From assembly GCA_964057225.1 (NCBI GenBank), contig OZ059899.1:20088001-20152000 (forward strand): a stretch of 64,000 nt of DNA, written 5' to 3'. Below the pieces are notes generated by a model. The model did not search any database. It was given only the letters and a program-made list of their open reading frames with translations, and was not told the origin of the DNA. Origin of the DNA: Auanema rhodensis. Taxonomy: Eukaryota; Animalia; Nematoda. Of this stretch, positions 36,501 through 51,904 are shown one piece after another; position 1 is the first letter of the stretch, and each line of letters opens with the position of its first letter. The position numbers and the translations under genes were made by a program.

Positions 36501-39500
36501 TATGCTAATTAAACGTACACGTGGTGTGCACTCGGTATGTAACTCGCTTCACGTGTAAGATAAAGAGATGCGGTTTTCAAAATTAGATTCCCCATGTCCA
36601 TATTAGTCTAAAAACAAATTTTTATTGATATTGGTGCATGGTAACCATGACTTTGAAATTTACGTGAACTTTAATTTATGCTAATTAAATGTACACGTGG
36701 TGTGCACTCGGTATGTAACTCGCTTCACGTGAAAGATAAAGAGATGCGGTTTTCAAAATTAGATTCCTCATTTCCATATTAGTCTAAAAACGAATTTTTA
36801 TTGATATTGGTGCATGGTAACCATGACTTTGAAATTTACGTGAACTTTAATTTATGCTAATTAAACGTACACGTGGTGTGCACTCGGTATGTAACTCGCT
36901 TCACGTGTAAGATAAAGAGATGCGGTTTTCAAAATTAGATTCCCCATTTCCATATTAGTCTAAAAACAAATTTTCATTGATATTGGTGCATGGTAACCAT
37001 GACTTTGAAATTTACGTGAACTTTAATTTATGCTAATTAAACGTACACGTGGTGTGCACTCGGTATGTAACTCGCTTCACGTGTAAGATAAAGAGATGCG
37101 GTTTTCAAAATTAGATTCCCCATGTCCATATTAGTCTAAAAACAAATTTTTATTGATATTGGTGCATGGTAACCATGACTTTGAAATTTACGTGAACTTT
37201 AATTTATGCTAATTAAACGTACACGTGGTGTGCACTCGGTATGTAACTCGCTTCACGTGTAAGATAAAGAGATGCGGTTTTCAAAATTAGATTCCCCATG
37301 TCCATATTAGTCTAAAAACAAATTTTTATTGATATTGGTGCATGGTAACCATGACTTTGAAATTTACGTGAACTTTAATTTATGCTAATTAAACGTACAC
37401 GTGGTGTGCACTCGGTATGTAACTCGCTTCACGTGTAAGATAAAGAGATGCAGTTTTCAAAATTAGATTCCCCATGTCCATATTAGTCTAAAAACAAATT
37501 TTTATTGATATTGGTGCATGGTAACCATGACTTTGAAATTTACGTGAACTTTAATTTATGCTACATAAATGTACACGTGATGTGCACTTGGTATGTAACT
37601 CGCTTCACGTGAAAGATAAAAAGATGCAGTTTTTAAAATTAGATTCCCCATGTCCATATTAGTCTAAAAACAATTTTTTACTGATATTGGTGCATGGTAA
37701 CCATAACTTTGAAATTTACGTGAACTTTAATTTATGCTTATTAAACGTACACGTGGTGTGCACTCGGTATGTAACTCGCTTCACGTGGAAGATGAATAGA
37801 TGCGGTTTTCAAAATTAGATTCCCCATGTCCATATTAGTCTAAAAACAATTTTTTACTGATTTTGGTGCATGGTAACCATGATTTTGAAATTTACGTGAA
37901 CTTTAATTTATGCTAATTAAACGTACACGTGATGTGCACTTGGTATGTAACTCGCTTCACGTGTAAGATAAAGAGATGCGGTTTTCAAAATTAGATTCCC
38001 CACGTCCATATTAGTCTAAAAACAAATTTTTATTGATATTGGTGCATGGTAACCATGACTTTGAAATTTACGTGAACTTTAATTTATGCTAATTAAATGT
38101 ACACGTGGTGTGCACTCGGTATGTAACTCGCTTCACGTGTAAGATAAAGAGATGCGGTTTTCAAAATTAGATTCCCCATGTCCATATTAGTCTAAAAACA
38201 AATTTTTATTGATATTGGTGCATGGTAACCATGACTTTGAAATTTACGTGAACTTTAATTTATGCTAATTAAACGTACACGTGGTGTGCACTCGGTATGT
38301 AACTCGCTTCACGTGTAAGATAAAGAGATGCGGTTTTCAAAATTAGATTCCCCATGTCCATATTAGTCTAAAAACAAATTTTTATTGATATTGGTGCATG
38401 GTAACCATGACTTTGAAATTTACGTGAACTTTAATTTATGCTACATAAATCTACACGTGATGTGCACTTGGTATGTAACTCGCTTCACGTGAAAGATAAA
38501 AAGATGCGGTTTTTAAAATTAGATTCCCCATGTCCATATTAGTCTAAAAACAATTTTTTACTGATATTGGTGCATGGTAACCATGACTTTGAAATTTACG
38601 TGAACTTTAATTTATGCTAATTAAACGTACACGTGGTGTGCACTCGGTATGTAACTCGCTTCACGTGTAAGATAAAGAGATGCGGTTTTCAAAATTAGAT
38701 TCCCCATGTCCATATTAGTCTAAAAACAAATTTTTATTGATATTGGTGCATGGTAACCATGATTTTGAAATTTACGTGAACTTTAATTTATGCTAATTAA
38801 ACGTACACGTGGTGTGCACTCGATATGTAACTCGCTTCACGTGAAAGATAGAAAGATGCGGTTTTTAAAATTAGATTCCCCATGTCCATATTAGTCTAAA
38901 AACAATTTTTTACTGATATTGGTGCATGGTAACCATGACTTTGAAATTTACGTGAACTTTAATTTATGCTAATTAAACGTACACGTGGTGTGCACTCGGT
39001 ATGTAACTCGCTTCACGTGTAAGATAAAGAGATGCGGTTTTCAAAATTAGATTCCCCATGTCCATATTAGTCTAAAAACAAATTTTTATTGATATTGGTG
39101 CATGGTAACCATGACTTTGAAATTTACGTGAACTTTAATTTATGCTAATTAAACGTACACGTGGTGTGCACTCGGTATGTAACTCGCTTCACGTGTAAGA
39201 TAAAGAGATGCGGTTTTCAAAATTAGATTCCCCATGTCCATATTAGTCTAAAAACAAATTTTTATTGATATTGGTGCATGGTAACCATGATTTTGAAATT
39301 TACGTGAACTTTAATTTATGCTAATTAAACGTACACGTGGTGTGCACTCGATATGTAACTCGCTTCACGTGAAAGATAAAAAGATGCGGTTTTTAAAATT
39401 AGATTCCCCATGTCCATATTAGTCTAAAAACAATTTTTTACTGATATTGGTGCATGGTAACCATGACTTTGAAATTTACGTGAACTTTAATTTATGCTAA

Positions 39501-42500
39501 TTAAACGTACACGTGGTGTGCACTCGGTATGTAACTCGCTTCACGTGTAAGATAAAGAGATGCGGTTTTCAAAATTAGATTCCCCATGTCCATATTAGTC
39601 TAAAAACAAATTTTTATTGATATTGGTGCATGGTAACCACGACTTTGAAATTTACGTGAACTTTAATTTATGCTAATTAAACGTACACGTGGTGTGCACT
39701 CGGTATGTAACTCGCTTCACGTGTAAGATAAAGAGATGCGGTTTTCAAAATTAGATTCCCCATGTCCATATTAGTCTAAAAACAAATTTTTATTGATATT
39801 GGTGCATGGTAACCATGACTTTGAAATTTACGTGAACTTTAATTTATGCTAATTAAATGTACACGTGGTGTGCACTCGGTATGTAACTCGCTTCACGTGA
39901 AAGATAAAGAGATGCGGTTTTCAAAATTAGATTCCTCATTTCCATATTAGTCTAAAAACGAATTTTTATTGATATTGGTGCATGGTAACCATGACTTTGA
40001 AATTTACGTGAACTTTAATTTATGCTAATTAAACGTACACGTGGTGTGCACTCGGTATGTAACTCGCTTCACGTGTAAGATAAAGAGATGCGGTTTTCAA
40101 AATTAGATTCCCCATGTCCATATTAGTCTAAAAACAAATTTATTTTGATATTGGTGCATGGTAACCATGATTTTGAAATTTACGTGAACTTTAATTTATG
40201 CTAATTAAATGTACACGTGATGTGCACTTGGTATGTAACTCGCTTCACGTGAAAGATGAAGAGATGCGGTTTTTAAAATTAGATTCCCCATGTCCATATT
40301 AGTCTAAAAACAATTTTTTACTGATATTGGTGCATGGTAACCATGACTTTGAAATTTACGTGAACTTTAATTTATGCTAATTAAACGTACACGTGTTGTG
40401 CACTCGGTATGTAACTCGCTTCACGTGGAAGATGAAGAGATGCGGTTTTCAAAATTAGATTCCCCATGTCCATACTAGTCTAAAAACAATTTTTTACTGA
40501 TATTGGTGCATGGTAACCATGATTTTGAAATTTACGTGAACTTTAATTTATGCTAATTAAACGTACACGTGATGTGCACTTGGTATGTAACTCGCTTCAC
40601 GTGTAAGATAAAGAGATGCGGTTTTCAAAATTAGATTCCCCACGTCCATATTAGTCTAAAAACAAATTTTTATTGATATTGGTGCATGGTAACCATGACT
40701 TTGAAATTGACGTGAACTTTAATTTATGCTAATTAAACGTACACGTGGTGTGCACTCGGTATGTAACTCGCTTCACGTGTAAGATAAAGAGATGCGGTTT
40801 TCAAAATTAGATTCCCCATGTCCATATTAGTCTAAAAACAAATTTTTATTGATATTGGTGCATGGTAACCATGACTTTGAAATTTACGTGAACTTTAATT
40901 TATGCTAATTAAACGTACACGTGGTGTGCACTCGGTATGTAACTCACTTCACGTGTAAGATAAAGAGATGCGGTTTTCAAAATTAGATTCCCCATGTCCA
41001 TATTAGTCTAAAAACAAATTTTTATTGATATTGGTGCATGGTAACCATGACTTTGAAATTTACGTGAACTTTAATTTATGCTAATTAAACGTACACGTGG
41101 TGTGCACTCGGTATGTAACTCGCTTCACGTGTAAGATAAAGAGATGCGGTTTTCAAAATTAGATTCCCCATGTCCATATTAGTCTAAAAACAAATTTTTA
41201 TTGATATTGGTGCATGGTAACCATGATTTTGAAATTTACGTGAACTTTAATTCATGCTAATTAAATGTACACGTGGTGTGCACTCGGTATGTAACTCGCT
41301 TCACGTGAAAGATAAAGAGATGCAGTTATCAAAATTAGATTCCCCATGTCCATATTAGTCTAAAAACAATTTTTTACTGATATTGGTGCATGGTAACCAT
41401 GATTTTGAAATTTACGTGAACTTTAATTTATGCTAATTAAACGTACACGTGATGTGCACTTGGTATGTAACTCGCTTCACGTGAAAGATAAAGAGATGCG
41501 GTTTTCAAAATTATATTCCCCATGTCCATATTAGTCTAAAAACAATTTTTTACTGATATTGGTGCATGGTAACCATGATTTTGAAATTTACGTGAACTTT
41601 AATTTATGCTAATTAAACGTACACGTGGTGTGCACTCGGTATGTAACTCGCTTCACGTGAAAGATAAAAAGATGCAGTTTTCAAAATTAGATTCCCCATG
41701 TCCATATTAGTCTAAAAACAAATTTTTTTTGATATTGGTGCATGGTAACCATGATTTTGAAATTTACGTGAACTTTAATTTATGCTAATTAAATGTACAC
41801 GTGGTGTGCACTCGGTATGTAACTCGCTTCACGTGAAAGATAAAGAGATGCGGTTTTCAAAATTAGATTCCCCATTTCCATATTAGTCTAAAAACAAATT
41901 TTCATTGATATTGGTGCATGGTAACCATGACTTTGAAATTTACGTGAACTTTAATTTATGCTAATTAAACGTACACGTGGTGTGCACTCGGTATGTAACT
42001 CGCTTCACGTGTAAGATAAAGAGATGCAGTTTTCAAAATTAGATTCCCCATGTCCATATTAGTCTAAAAACAAATTTTTATTGATATTGGTGCATGGTAA
42101 CCATGACTTTGAAATTTACGTGAACTTTAATTTATGCTAATTAAACGTACACGTGGTGTGCACTCGGTATGTAACTCGCTTCACGTGTAAGATAAAGAGA
42201 TGCGGTTTTCAAAATTAGATTCCCCATGTCCATATTAGTCTAAAAACAAATTTTTATTGATATTGGTGCATGGTAACCATGACTTTGAATTTTACGTGAA
42301 CTTTAATTTATGCTAATTAAACGTACACGTGGTGTGCACTCGGTATGTAACTCGCTTCACGTGAAAGATAAAGAGATGCGGTTTTCAAAATTAGATTCCC
42401 CATGTCCATATTAGTCTAAAAACAAATTTTTATTGATATTGGTGCATGGTAACCATGACTTTGAATTTTACGTGAACTTTAATTTATGCTAATTAAACTT

Positions 42501-45500
42501 ACACGTGGTGTGCACTCGGTATGTAACTCGCTTCACGTGAAAGATAAAAAGATGCAGTTTTTAAAATTAGATTCCCCATGTCCATATTAGTCTAAAAACA
42601 ATTTTTTACTGATATTGGTGCATGGTAACCATAACTTTAAAATTTACGTGAACTTTAATTTATGCTTATTAAACGTACACGTGGTGTGCACTCGGTATGT
42701 AACTCGCTTCACGTGGAAGATGAAGAGATGCGGTTTTCAAAATTAGATTCCCCATGTCCATATTAGTCTAAAAACAATTTTTTACTGATTTTGGTGCATG
42801 GTAACCATGATTTTGAAATTTACGTGAACTTTAATTTATGCTAATTAAACGTACACGTGATGTGCACTTGGTATGTAACTCGCTTCACGTGTAAGATAAA
42901 GAGATGCGGTTTTCAAAATTAGATTCCCCACGTCCATATTAGTCTAAAAACAAATTTTTATTGATATTGATGCATGGTAACCATGACTTTGAAATTTACG
43001 TGAACTTTAATTTATGCTAATTAAACGTACACGTGGTGTGCACTCGGTATGTAACTCGCTTCACGTGTAAGATAAAGAGATGCGGTTTTCAAAATTAGAT
43101 TCCCCATGTCCATATTAGTCTAAAAACAAATTTTTATTGATATTGGTGCATGGTAACCATGACTTTGAAATTTACGTGAACTTTAATTTATGCTAATTAA
43201 ACGTACACGTGGTGTGCACTCGGTATGTAACTCGCTTCACGTGTAAGATAAAGAGATGCGGTTTTCAAAATTAGATTCCCCATGTCCATATTAGTCTAAA
43301 AACAAATTTTTATTGATATTGGTGCATGGTAACCATGACTTTGAAATTTACGTGAACTTTAATTTATGCTAATTAAACGTACACGTGGTGTGCACTCGGT
43401 ATGTAACTCGCTTCACGTGTAAGATAAAGAGATGCGGTTTTCAAAATTAGATTCCCCATGTCCATATTAGTCTAAAAACAAATTTTTATTGATATTGGTG
43501 CATGGTAACCATGATTTTGAAATTTACGTGAACTTTAATTCATGCTAATTAAATGTACACGTGGTGTGCACTCGGTATGTAACTCGCTTCACGTGAAAGA
43601 TAAAGAGATGCAGTTATCAAAATTAGATTCCCCATGTCCATATTAGTCTAAAAACAATTTTTTACTGATATTGGTGCATGGTAACCATGATTTTGAAATT
43701 TACGTGAACTTTAATTTATGCTAATTAAACGTACACGTGATGTGCACTTGGTATGTAACTCGCTTCACGTGAAAGATAAAGAGATGCGGTTTTTAAAATT
43801 AGATTCCCCATGTCCATATTAGTCTAAAAACAATTTTTTACTGATATTGGTGCATGGTAACCATGATTTTGAAATTTACGTGAACTTTAATTTATGCTAA
43901 TTAAACGTACACGTGGTGTGCACTCGGTATGTAACTCGCTTCACGTGAAAGATAAAGAGATGCGGTTTTCAAAATTAGATTCCCCATGTCCATATTAGTC
44001 TAAAAACAAATTTTTATTGATATTGGTGCATGGTAACCATGACTTTGAAATTTACGTGAACTTTAATTTATGCTAATTAAACGTACACGTGGTGTGCACT
44101 CGGTATGTAACTCGCTTCACGTGAAAGATAAAGAGATGCGGTTTTCAAAATTAGATTCCCCATGTCCATATTAGTCTAAAAACAAATTTTTTTTGATATT
44201 GGTGCATGGTAACCATGATTTTGAAATTTACGTGAACTTTAATTTATGCTAATTAAATGTACACGTGGTGTGCACTCGGTATGTAACTCGCTTCACGTGA
44301 AAGATAAAGAGATGCGGTTTTCAAAATTAGATTCCCCATTTCCATATTAGTCTAAAAACAAATTTTTATTGATATTGGTGCATGGTAACCATGACTTTGA
44401 AATTTACGTGAACTTTAATTTATGCTAATTAAACGTACACGTGGTGTGCACTCGGTATGTAACTCGCTTCACGTGTAAGATAAAGAGATGCGGTTTTCAA
44501 AATTAGATTCCCCATGTCCATATTAGTCTAAAAACAAATTTTTATTGATATTGGTGCATGGTAACCATGACTTTGAAATTTACGTGAACTTTAATTTATG
44601 CTAATTAAACGTACACGTGGTGTGCACTCGGTATGTAACTCGCTTCACGTGTAAGATAAAGAGATGCGGTTTTCAAAATTAGATTCCCCATGTCCATATT
44701 AGTCTAAAAACAAATTTTTATTGATATTGGTGCATGGTAACCATGATTTTGAAATTTACGTGAACTTTAATTCATGCTAATTAAATGTACACGTGGTGTG
44801 CACTCGGTATGTAACTCGCTTCACGTGAAAGATAAAGAGATGCAGTTATCAAAATTAGATTCCCCATGTCCATATTAGTCTAAAAACAAATTTTTATTGA
44901 TATTGGTGCATGGTAACCATGATTTTGAAATTTACGTGAACTTTAATTCATGCTAATTAAATGTACACGTGGTGTGCACTCGGTATGTAACTCGCTTCAC
45001 GTGAAAGATAAAGAGATGCAGTTTTCAAAATTAGATTCCCCATGTCCATATTAGTCTAAAAACAATTTTTTACTGATATTGGTGCATGGTAACCATGATT
45101 TTGAAATTTACGTGAACTTTAATTTATGCTAATTAAACGTACACGTGATGTGCACTTGGTATGTAACTCGCTTCACGTGAAAGATAAAGAGATGCGGTTT
45201 TTAAAATTAGATTCCCCATGTCCATATTAGTCTAAAAACAATTTTTTACTGATATTGGTGCATGGTAACCATGATTTTGAAATTTACGTGAACTTTAATT
45301 TATGCTAATTAAACGTACACGTGGTGTGCACTCGGTATGTAACTCGCTTCACGTGAAAGATAAAGAGATGCGGTTCTCAAAATTAGATTCCCCATGTCCA
45401 TTTTAGTCTAAAAACAAATTTTTACTGATATTGGTGCATGGTAACCATGACTTTGAAATTTACGTGAACTTTAATTTATGCTAATTAAACGTACACGTGG

Positions 45501-48500
45501 TGTGCACTCGGTATGTAACTCGCTTCACGTGAAAGATAAAGAGATGCGGTTTTCAAAATTAGATTCCCCATGTCCATATTAGTCTAAAAACAAATTTTTT
45601 TTGATATTGGTGCATGGTAACCATGATTTTGAAATTTACGTGAACTTTAATTTATGCTAATTAAATGTACACGTGGTGTGCACTCGGTATGTAACTCGCT
45701 TCACGTGAAAGATAAAGAGATGCGGTTTTCAAAATTAGATTCCCCATTTCCATATTAGTCTAAAAACAAATTTTCATTGATATTGGTGCATGGTAACCAT
45801 GACTTTGAAATTTACGTGAACTTTAATTTATGCTAATTAAACGTACACGTGGTGTGCACTCGGTATGTAACTCGCTTCACGTGTAAGATAAAGAGATGCG
45901 GTTTTCAAAATTAGATTCCCCATGTCCATATTAGTCTAAAAACAAATTTTTATTGATATTGGTGCATGGTAACCATGACTTTTTAATTTACGTGAACTTT
46001 AATTTATGCTAATTAAACGTACACGTGGTGTGCACTCGGTATGTAACTCGCTTCACGTGTAAGATAAAAATATGCGGTTTTCAAAATTAGATTCCCCATG
46101 TCCATGTTAGTCTAAAAACAAATTTTTATTGATATTGGTGCATGGTAACCATGATTTTGAAATTTACGTGAACTTTAATTCATGTTAATTAAATGTACAC
46201 GTGGTGTGCACTCGGTATGTAACTCGCTTCACGTGGAAGATAAAGAGATGCAGTTATCAAAATTAGATTCCCCATGTCCATATTAGTCTAAAAACAATTT
46301 TTTACTGATATTGGTGCATGGTAACCATGATTTTGAAATTTACGTGAACTTTAATTTATGCTAATTAAACGTACACGTGGTGTGCACTCGGTATGTAACT
46401 CGCTTCACGTGAAAGATAAAGAGATGCGGTTTTCACAATTAGATTCCCCATGTCCATATTAGTCTAAAAACAAATTTTTTTTGATATTGGTGCATGGTAA
46501 CCATGATTTTGAAAATTACGTGAACTTTAATTTATGCTAATTAAATGTACACGTGGTGTGCACTCGGTATGTAACTCGCTTCACGTGAAAGTAAAAGAGA
46601 TGCGGTTTTCAAAATTAGATTCCCCATGTCCATATTAGTCTAAAAACAAATTTTTATTGATATTGGTGCATGGTAACCATGACTTTGAATTTTACGTGAA
46701 CTTTAATTTATGCTAATTAAACGTACACGTGGTGTGCACTCGGTATGTAACTCGCTTCACGTGAAAGATAAAGAGATGCGGTTTTCAAAATTAGATTCCC
46801 CATGTCCATATTAGTCTAAAAACAAATTTTTATTGATATTGGTGCATGGTAACCATGACTTTGAAATTTACGTGAACTTTAATTTATGCTACATAAATGT
46901 ACACGTGATGTGCACTTGGTATGTAACTCGCTTCACGTGAAAGATAAAAAGATGCAGTTTTTAAAATTAGATTCCCCATGTCCATATTAGTCTAAAAACA
47001 ATTTTTTACTGATATTGGTGCATGGTAACCATAACTTTGAAATTTACGTGAACTTTAATTTATGCTTATTAAACGTACACGTGGTGTGCACTCGGTATGT
47101 AACTCGCTTCACGTGAAAGATAAAGAGATGCAGTTATCAAAATTAGATTCCCCATGTCCATATTAGTCTAAAAACAAATTTTTATTGATATTGGTGCATG
47201 GTAACCATGACTTTGAAATTTACGTGAACTTTAATTTATGCTAATTAAATGTACACGTGGTGTGCACTCGGTATGTAACTCGCTTCACGTGAAAGATAAA
47301 GAGATGCAGTTATCAAAATTAGATTCCCCATGTCCATATTAGTCTAAAAACAAATTTTTATTGATATTGGTGCATGGTAACCATGACTTTGAAATTTACG
47401 TGAACTTTAATTTATGCTAATTAAACGTACACGTGTTGTGCACTCGGTATGTAACTCGCTTCACGTGGAAGATAAAGAGATGCGGTTTTCAAAATTAGAT
47501 TCCCCATGTCCATATTAGTCTAAAAACAATTTTTTACTGATATTGGTGCATGGTAACCATGATTTTGAAATTTACGTGAACTTTAATTTATGCTAATTAA
47601 ACGTACACGTGATGTGCACTTGGTTTGTAACTCGCTTCACGTGAAAGATAAAGAGATGCGGTTTTTAAAATTAGATTCCCCATGTCCATATTAGTCTAAA
47701 AACAATTTTTTACTGATATTGGTGCATGGTAACCATGATTTTGAAATTTACGTGAACTTTAATTTATGCTAATTAAACGTACACGTGGTGTGCACTCGGT
47801 ATGTAACTCGCTTCACGTGAAAGATAAAGAGATGCGGTTTTCAAAATTAGATTCCCCATGTCCATATTAGTCTAAAAACAAATTTTTATTGATATTGGTG
47901 CATGGTAACCATGACTTTGAAATTTACGTGAACTTTAATTTATGCTAATTAAACGTACACGTGGTGTGCACTCGGTATGTAACTCGCTTCACGTGAAAGA
48001 TAAAGAGATGCGGTTTTTAAAATTAGATTCCCCATGTCCATATTAGTCTAAAAACAATTTTTTACTGATATTGGTGCATGGTAACCATGATTTTGAAATT
48101 TACGTGAACTTTAATTTATGCTAATTAAACGTACACGTGGTGTGCACTCGGTATGTAACTCGCTTCACGTGAAAGATAAAGAGATGCGGTTTTCAAAATT
48201 AGATTCCCCATGTCCATATTAGTCTAAAAACAAATTTTTATTGATATTGGTGCATGGTAACCATGACTTTGAAATTTACGTGAACTTTAATTTATGCTAA
48301 TTAAACGTACACGTGGTGTGCACTCGGTATGTAACTCGCTTCACGTGAAAGATAAAGAGATGCGGTTTTTAAAATTAGATTCCCCATGTCCATATTAGTC
48401 TAAAAACAATTTTTTACTGATATTGGTGCATGGTAACCATGATTTTGAAATTTACGTGAACTTTAATTTATGCTAATTAAACGTACACGTGGTGTGCACT

Positions 48501-51500
48501 CGGTATGTAACTCGCTTCACGTGTAAGATAAAGAGATGCGGTTTTCAAAATTAGATTCCCCATGTCCATATTAGTCTAAAAACAAATTTTTATTGATATT
48601 GGTGCATGGTAACCATGACTTTGAAATTTACGTGAACTTTAATTTATGCTAATTAAACGTACACGTGGTGTGCACTCGGTATGTAACTCGCTTCACGTGA
48701 AAGATAAAGAGATGCGGTTTTTAAAATTAGATTCCTCATGTCCATATTAGTCTAAAAACAATTTTTTACTGATATTGGTGCATGGTAACCATGATTTTGA
48801 AATTTACGTGAACTTTAATTTATGCTAATTAAACGTACACGTGGTGTGCACTCGGTATGTAACTCGCTTCACGTGAAAGATAAAGAGATGCGGTTTTCAA
48901 AATTAGATTCCCCATGTCCATATTAGTCTAAAAACAAATTTTTATTGATATTGGTGCATGGTAACCATGATTTTGAAATTTACGTGAACTTTAATTTATG
49001 CTAATTAAACGTACACGTGGTGTGCACTCGGTATGTAACTCGCTTCACGTGTAAGATAAAGAGATGCGGTTTTCAAAATTAGATTCCCCATGTCCATATT
49101 AGTCTAAAAACAAATTTTTATTGATATTAGTGCATGGTAACCATGATTTTGAATTTTACGTGAACTTTAATTTATGCTAATTAAACGTACACGTGTTGTG
49201 CACTCGGTATGTAACTCGCTTCACGTGGAAGATAAAGAGATGCGGTTTTCAAAATTAGATTCCCCATGTCCATATTAGTCTAAAAACAATTTTTTACTGA
49301 TATTGGTGCATGGTAACCATGATTTTGAAATTTACGTGAACTTTAATTTATGCTAATTAAACGTACACGTGATGTGCACTTGGTTTGTAACTCGCTTCAC
49401 GTGAAAGATAAAGAGATGCGGTTTTTAAAATTAGATTCCCCATGTCCATATTAGTCTAAAAACAATTTTTTACTGATATTGGTGCATGGTAACCATGATT
49501 TTGAAATTTACGTGAACTTTAATTTATGCTAATTAAACGTACACGTGGTGTGCACTCGGTATGTAACTCGCTTCACGTGAAAGATAAAGAGATGCGGTTT
49601 TCAAAATTAGATTCCCCATGTCCATATTAGTCTAAAAACAAATTTTTATTGATATTGGTGCATGGTAACCATGACTTTGAAATTTACGTGAACTTTAATT
49701 TATGCTAATTAAACGTACACGTGGTGTGCACTCGGTATGTAACTCGCTTCACGTGAAAGATAAAGAGATGCGGTTTTTAAAATTAGATTCCCCATGTCCA
49801 TATTAGTCTAAAAACAATTTTTTACTGATATTGGTGCATGGTAACCATGATTTTGAAATTTACGTGAACTTTAATTTATGCTAATTAAACGTACACGTGG
49901 TGTGCACTCGGTATGTAACTCGCTTCACGTGAAAGATAAAGAGATGCGGTTTTCAAAATTAGATTCCCCATGTCCATATTAGTCTAAAAACAAATTTTTA
50001 TTGATATTGGTGCATGGTAACCATGACTTTGAAATTTACGTGAACTTTAATTTATGCTAATTAAACGTACACGTGGTGTGCACTCGGTATGTAACTCGCT
50101 TCACGTGAAAGATAAAGAGATGCGGTTTTCAAAATTAGATTCCCCATGTCCATATTAGTCTAAAAACAAATTTTTTTTGATATTGGTGCATGGTAACCAT
50201 GATTTTGAAATTTACGTGAACTTTAATTTATGCTAATTAAATGTACACGTGGTGTGCACTCGGTATGTAACTCGCTTCACGTGAAAGATAAAGAGATGCG
50301 GTTTTCAAAATTAGATTCCCCATTTCCATATTAGTCTAAAAACAAATTTTTATTGATATTGGTGCATGGTAACCATGACTTTGAAATTTACGTGAACTTT
50401 AATTTATGCTAATTAAACGTACACGTGGTGTGCACTCGGTATGTAACTCGCTTCACGTGTAAGATAAAGAGATGCGGTTTTCAAAATTAGATTCCCCATG
50501 TCCATATTAGTCTAAAAACAAATTTTTATTGATATTGGTGCATGGTAACCAAGACTTTGAAATTTACGTGAACTTTAATTTATGCTAATTAAACGTACAC
50601 GTGGTGTGCACTCGGTATGTAACTCGCTTCACGTGTAAGATAAAGATATGCGGTTTTCAAAATTAGATTCCCCATGTCCATATTAGTCTAAAAACAAATT
50701 TTTATTGATATTGGTGCATGGTAACCATGATTTTGAAATTTACGTGAACTTTAATTCATGTTAATTAAATGTACACGTGGTGTGCACTCGGTATGTAACT
50801 CGCTTCACGTGGAAGATAAAGAGATGCAGTCATCAAAATTAGATTCCCCATGTCCATATTAGTCTAAAAACAATTTTTTACTGATATTGGTGCATGGTAA
50901 CCATGATTTTGAAATTTACGTGAACTTTAATTTATGCTAATTAAACGTACACGTGATGTGCACTTGGTATGTAACTCGCTTCACGTGAAATATAAAGAGA
51001 TGCGGTTTTTAAAATTAGATTCCCCATGTCCATATTAGTCTAAAAACAATTTTTTACTGATATTGGTGCATGGTAACCATGATTTTGAAATTTACGTGAA
51101 CTTTAATTTATGCTAATTAAACGTACACGTGGTGTGCACTCGGTATGTAACTCGCTTCACGTGAAAGATAAAGAGATGCGGTTTTCAAAATTAGATTCCC
51201 CATGTCCATATTAGTCTAAAAACAAATTTTTTTTGATATTGGTGCATGGTAACCATGATTTTGAAAATTACGTGAACTTTAATTTATGCTAATTAAATGT
51301 ACACGTGGTGTGCACTCGGTATGTAACTCGCTTCACGTGAAAGTAAAAGAGATGCGGTTTTCAAAATTAGATTCCCCATGTCCATATTAGTCTAAAAACA
51401 AATTTTTATTGATATTGGTGCATGGTAACCATGACTTTGAATTTTACGTGAACTTTAATTTATGCTAATTAAACGTACACGTGGTGTGCACTCGGTATGT

Positions 51501-51904
51501 AACTCGCTTCACGTGAAAGATAAAGAGATGCGGTTTTCAAAATTAGATTCCCCATGTCCATATTAGTCTAAAAACAAATTTTTATTGATATTGGTGCATG
51601 GTAACCATGACTTTGAAATTTACGTGAACTTTAATTTATGCTACATAAATGTACACGTGATGTGCACTTGGTATGTAACTCGCTTCACGTGAAAGATAAA
51701 AAGATGCAGTTTTTAAAATTAGATTCCCCATGTCCATATTAGTCTAAAAACAATTTTTTACTGATATTGGTGCATGGTAACCATAACTTTGAAATTTACG
51801 TGAACTTTAATTTATGCTTATTAAACGTACACGTGGTGTGCACTCGGTATGTAACTCGCTTCACGTGAAAGATAAAGAGATGCGGTTTTCAAAATTAGAT
51901 TCCC

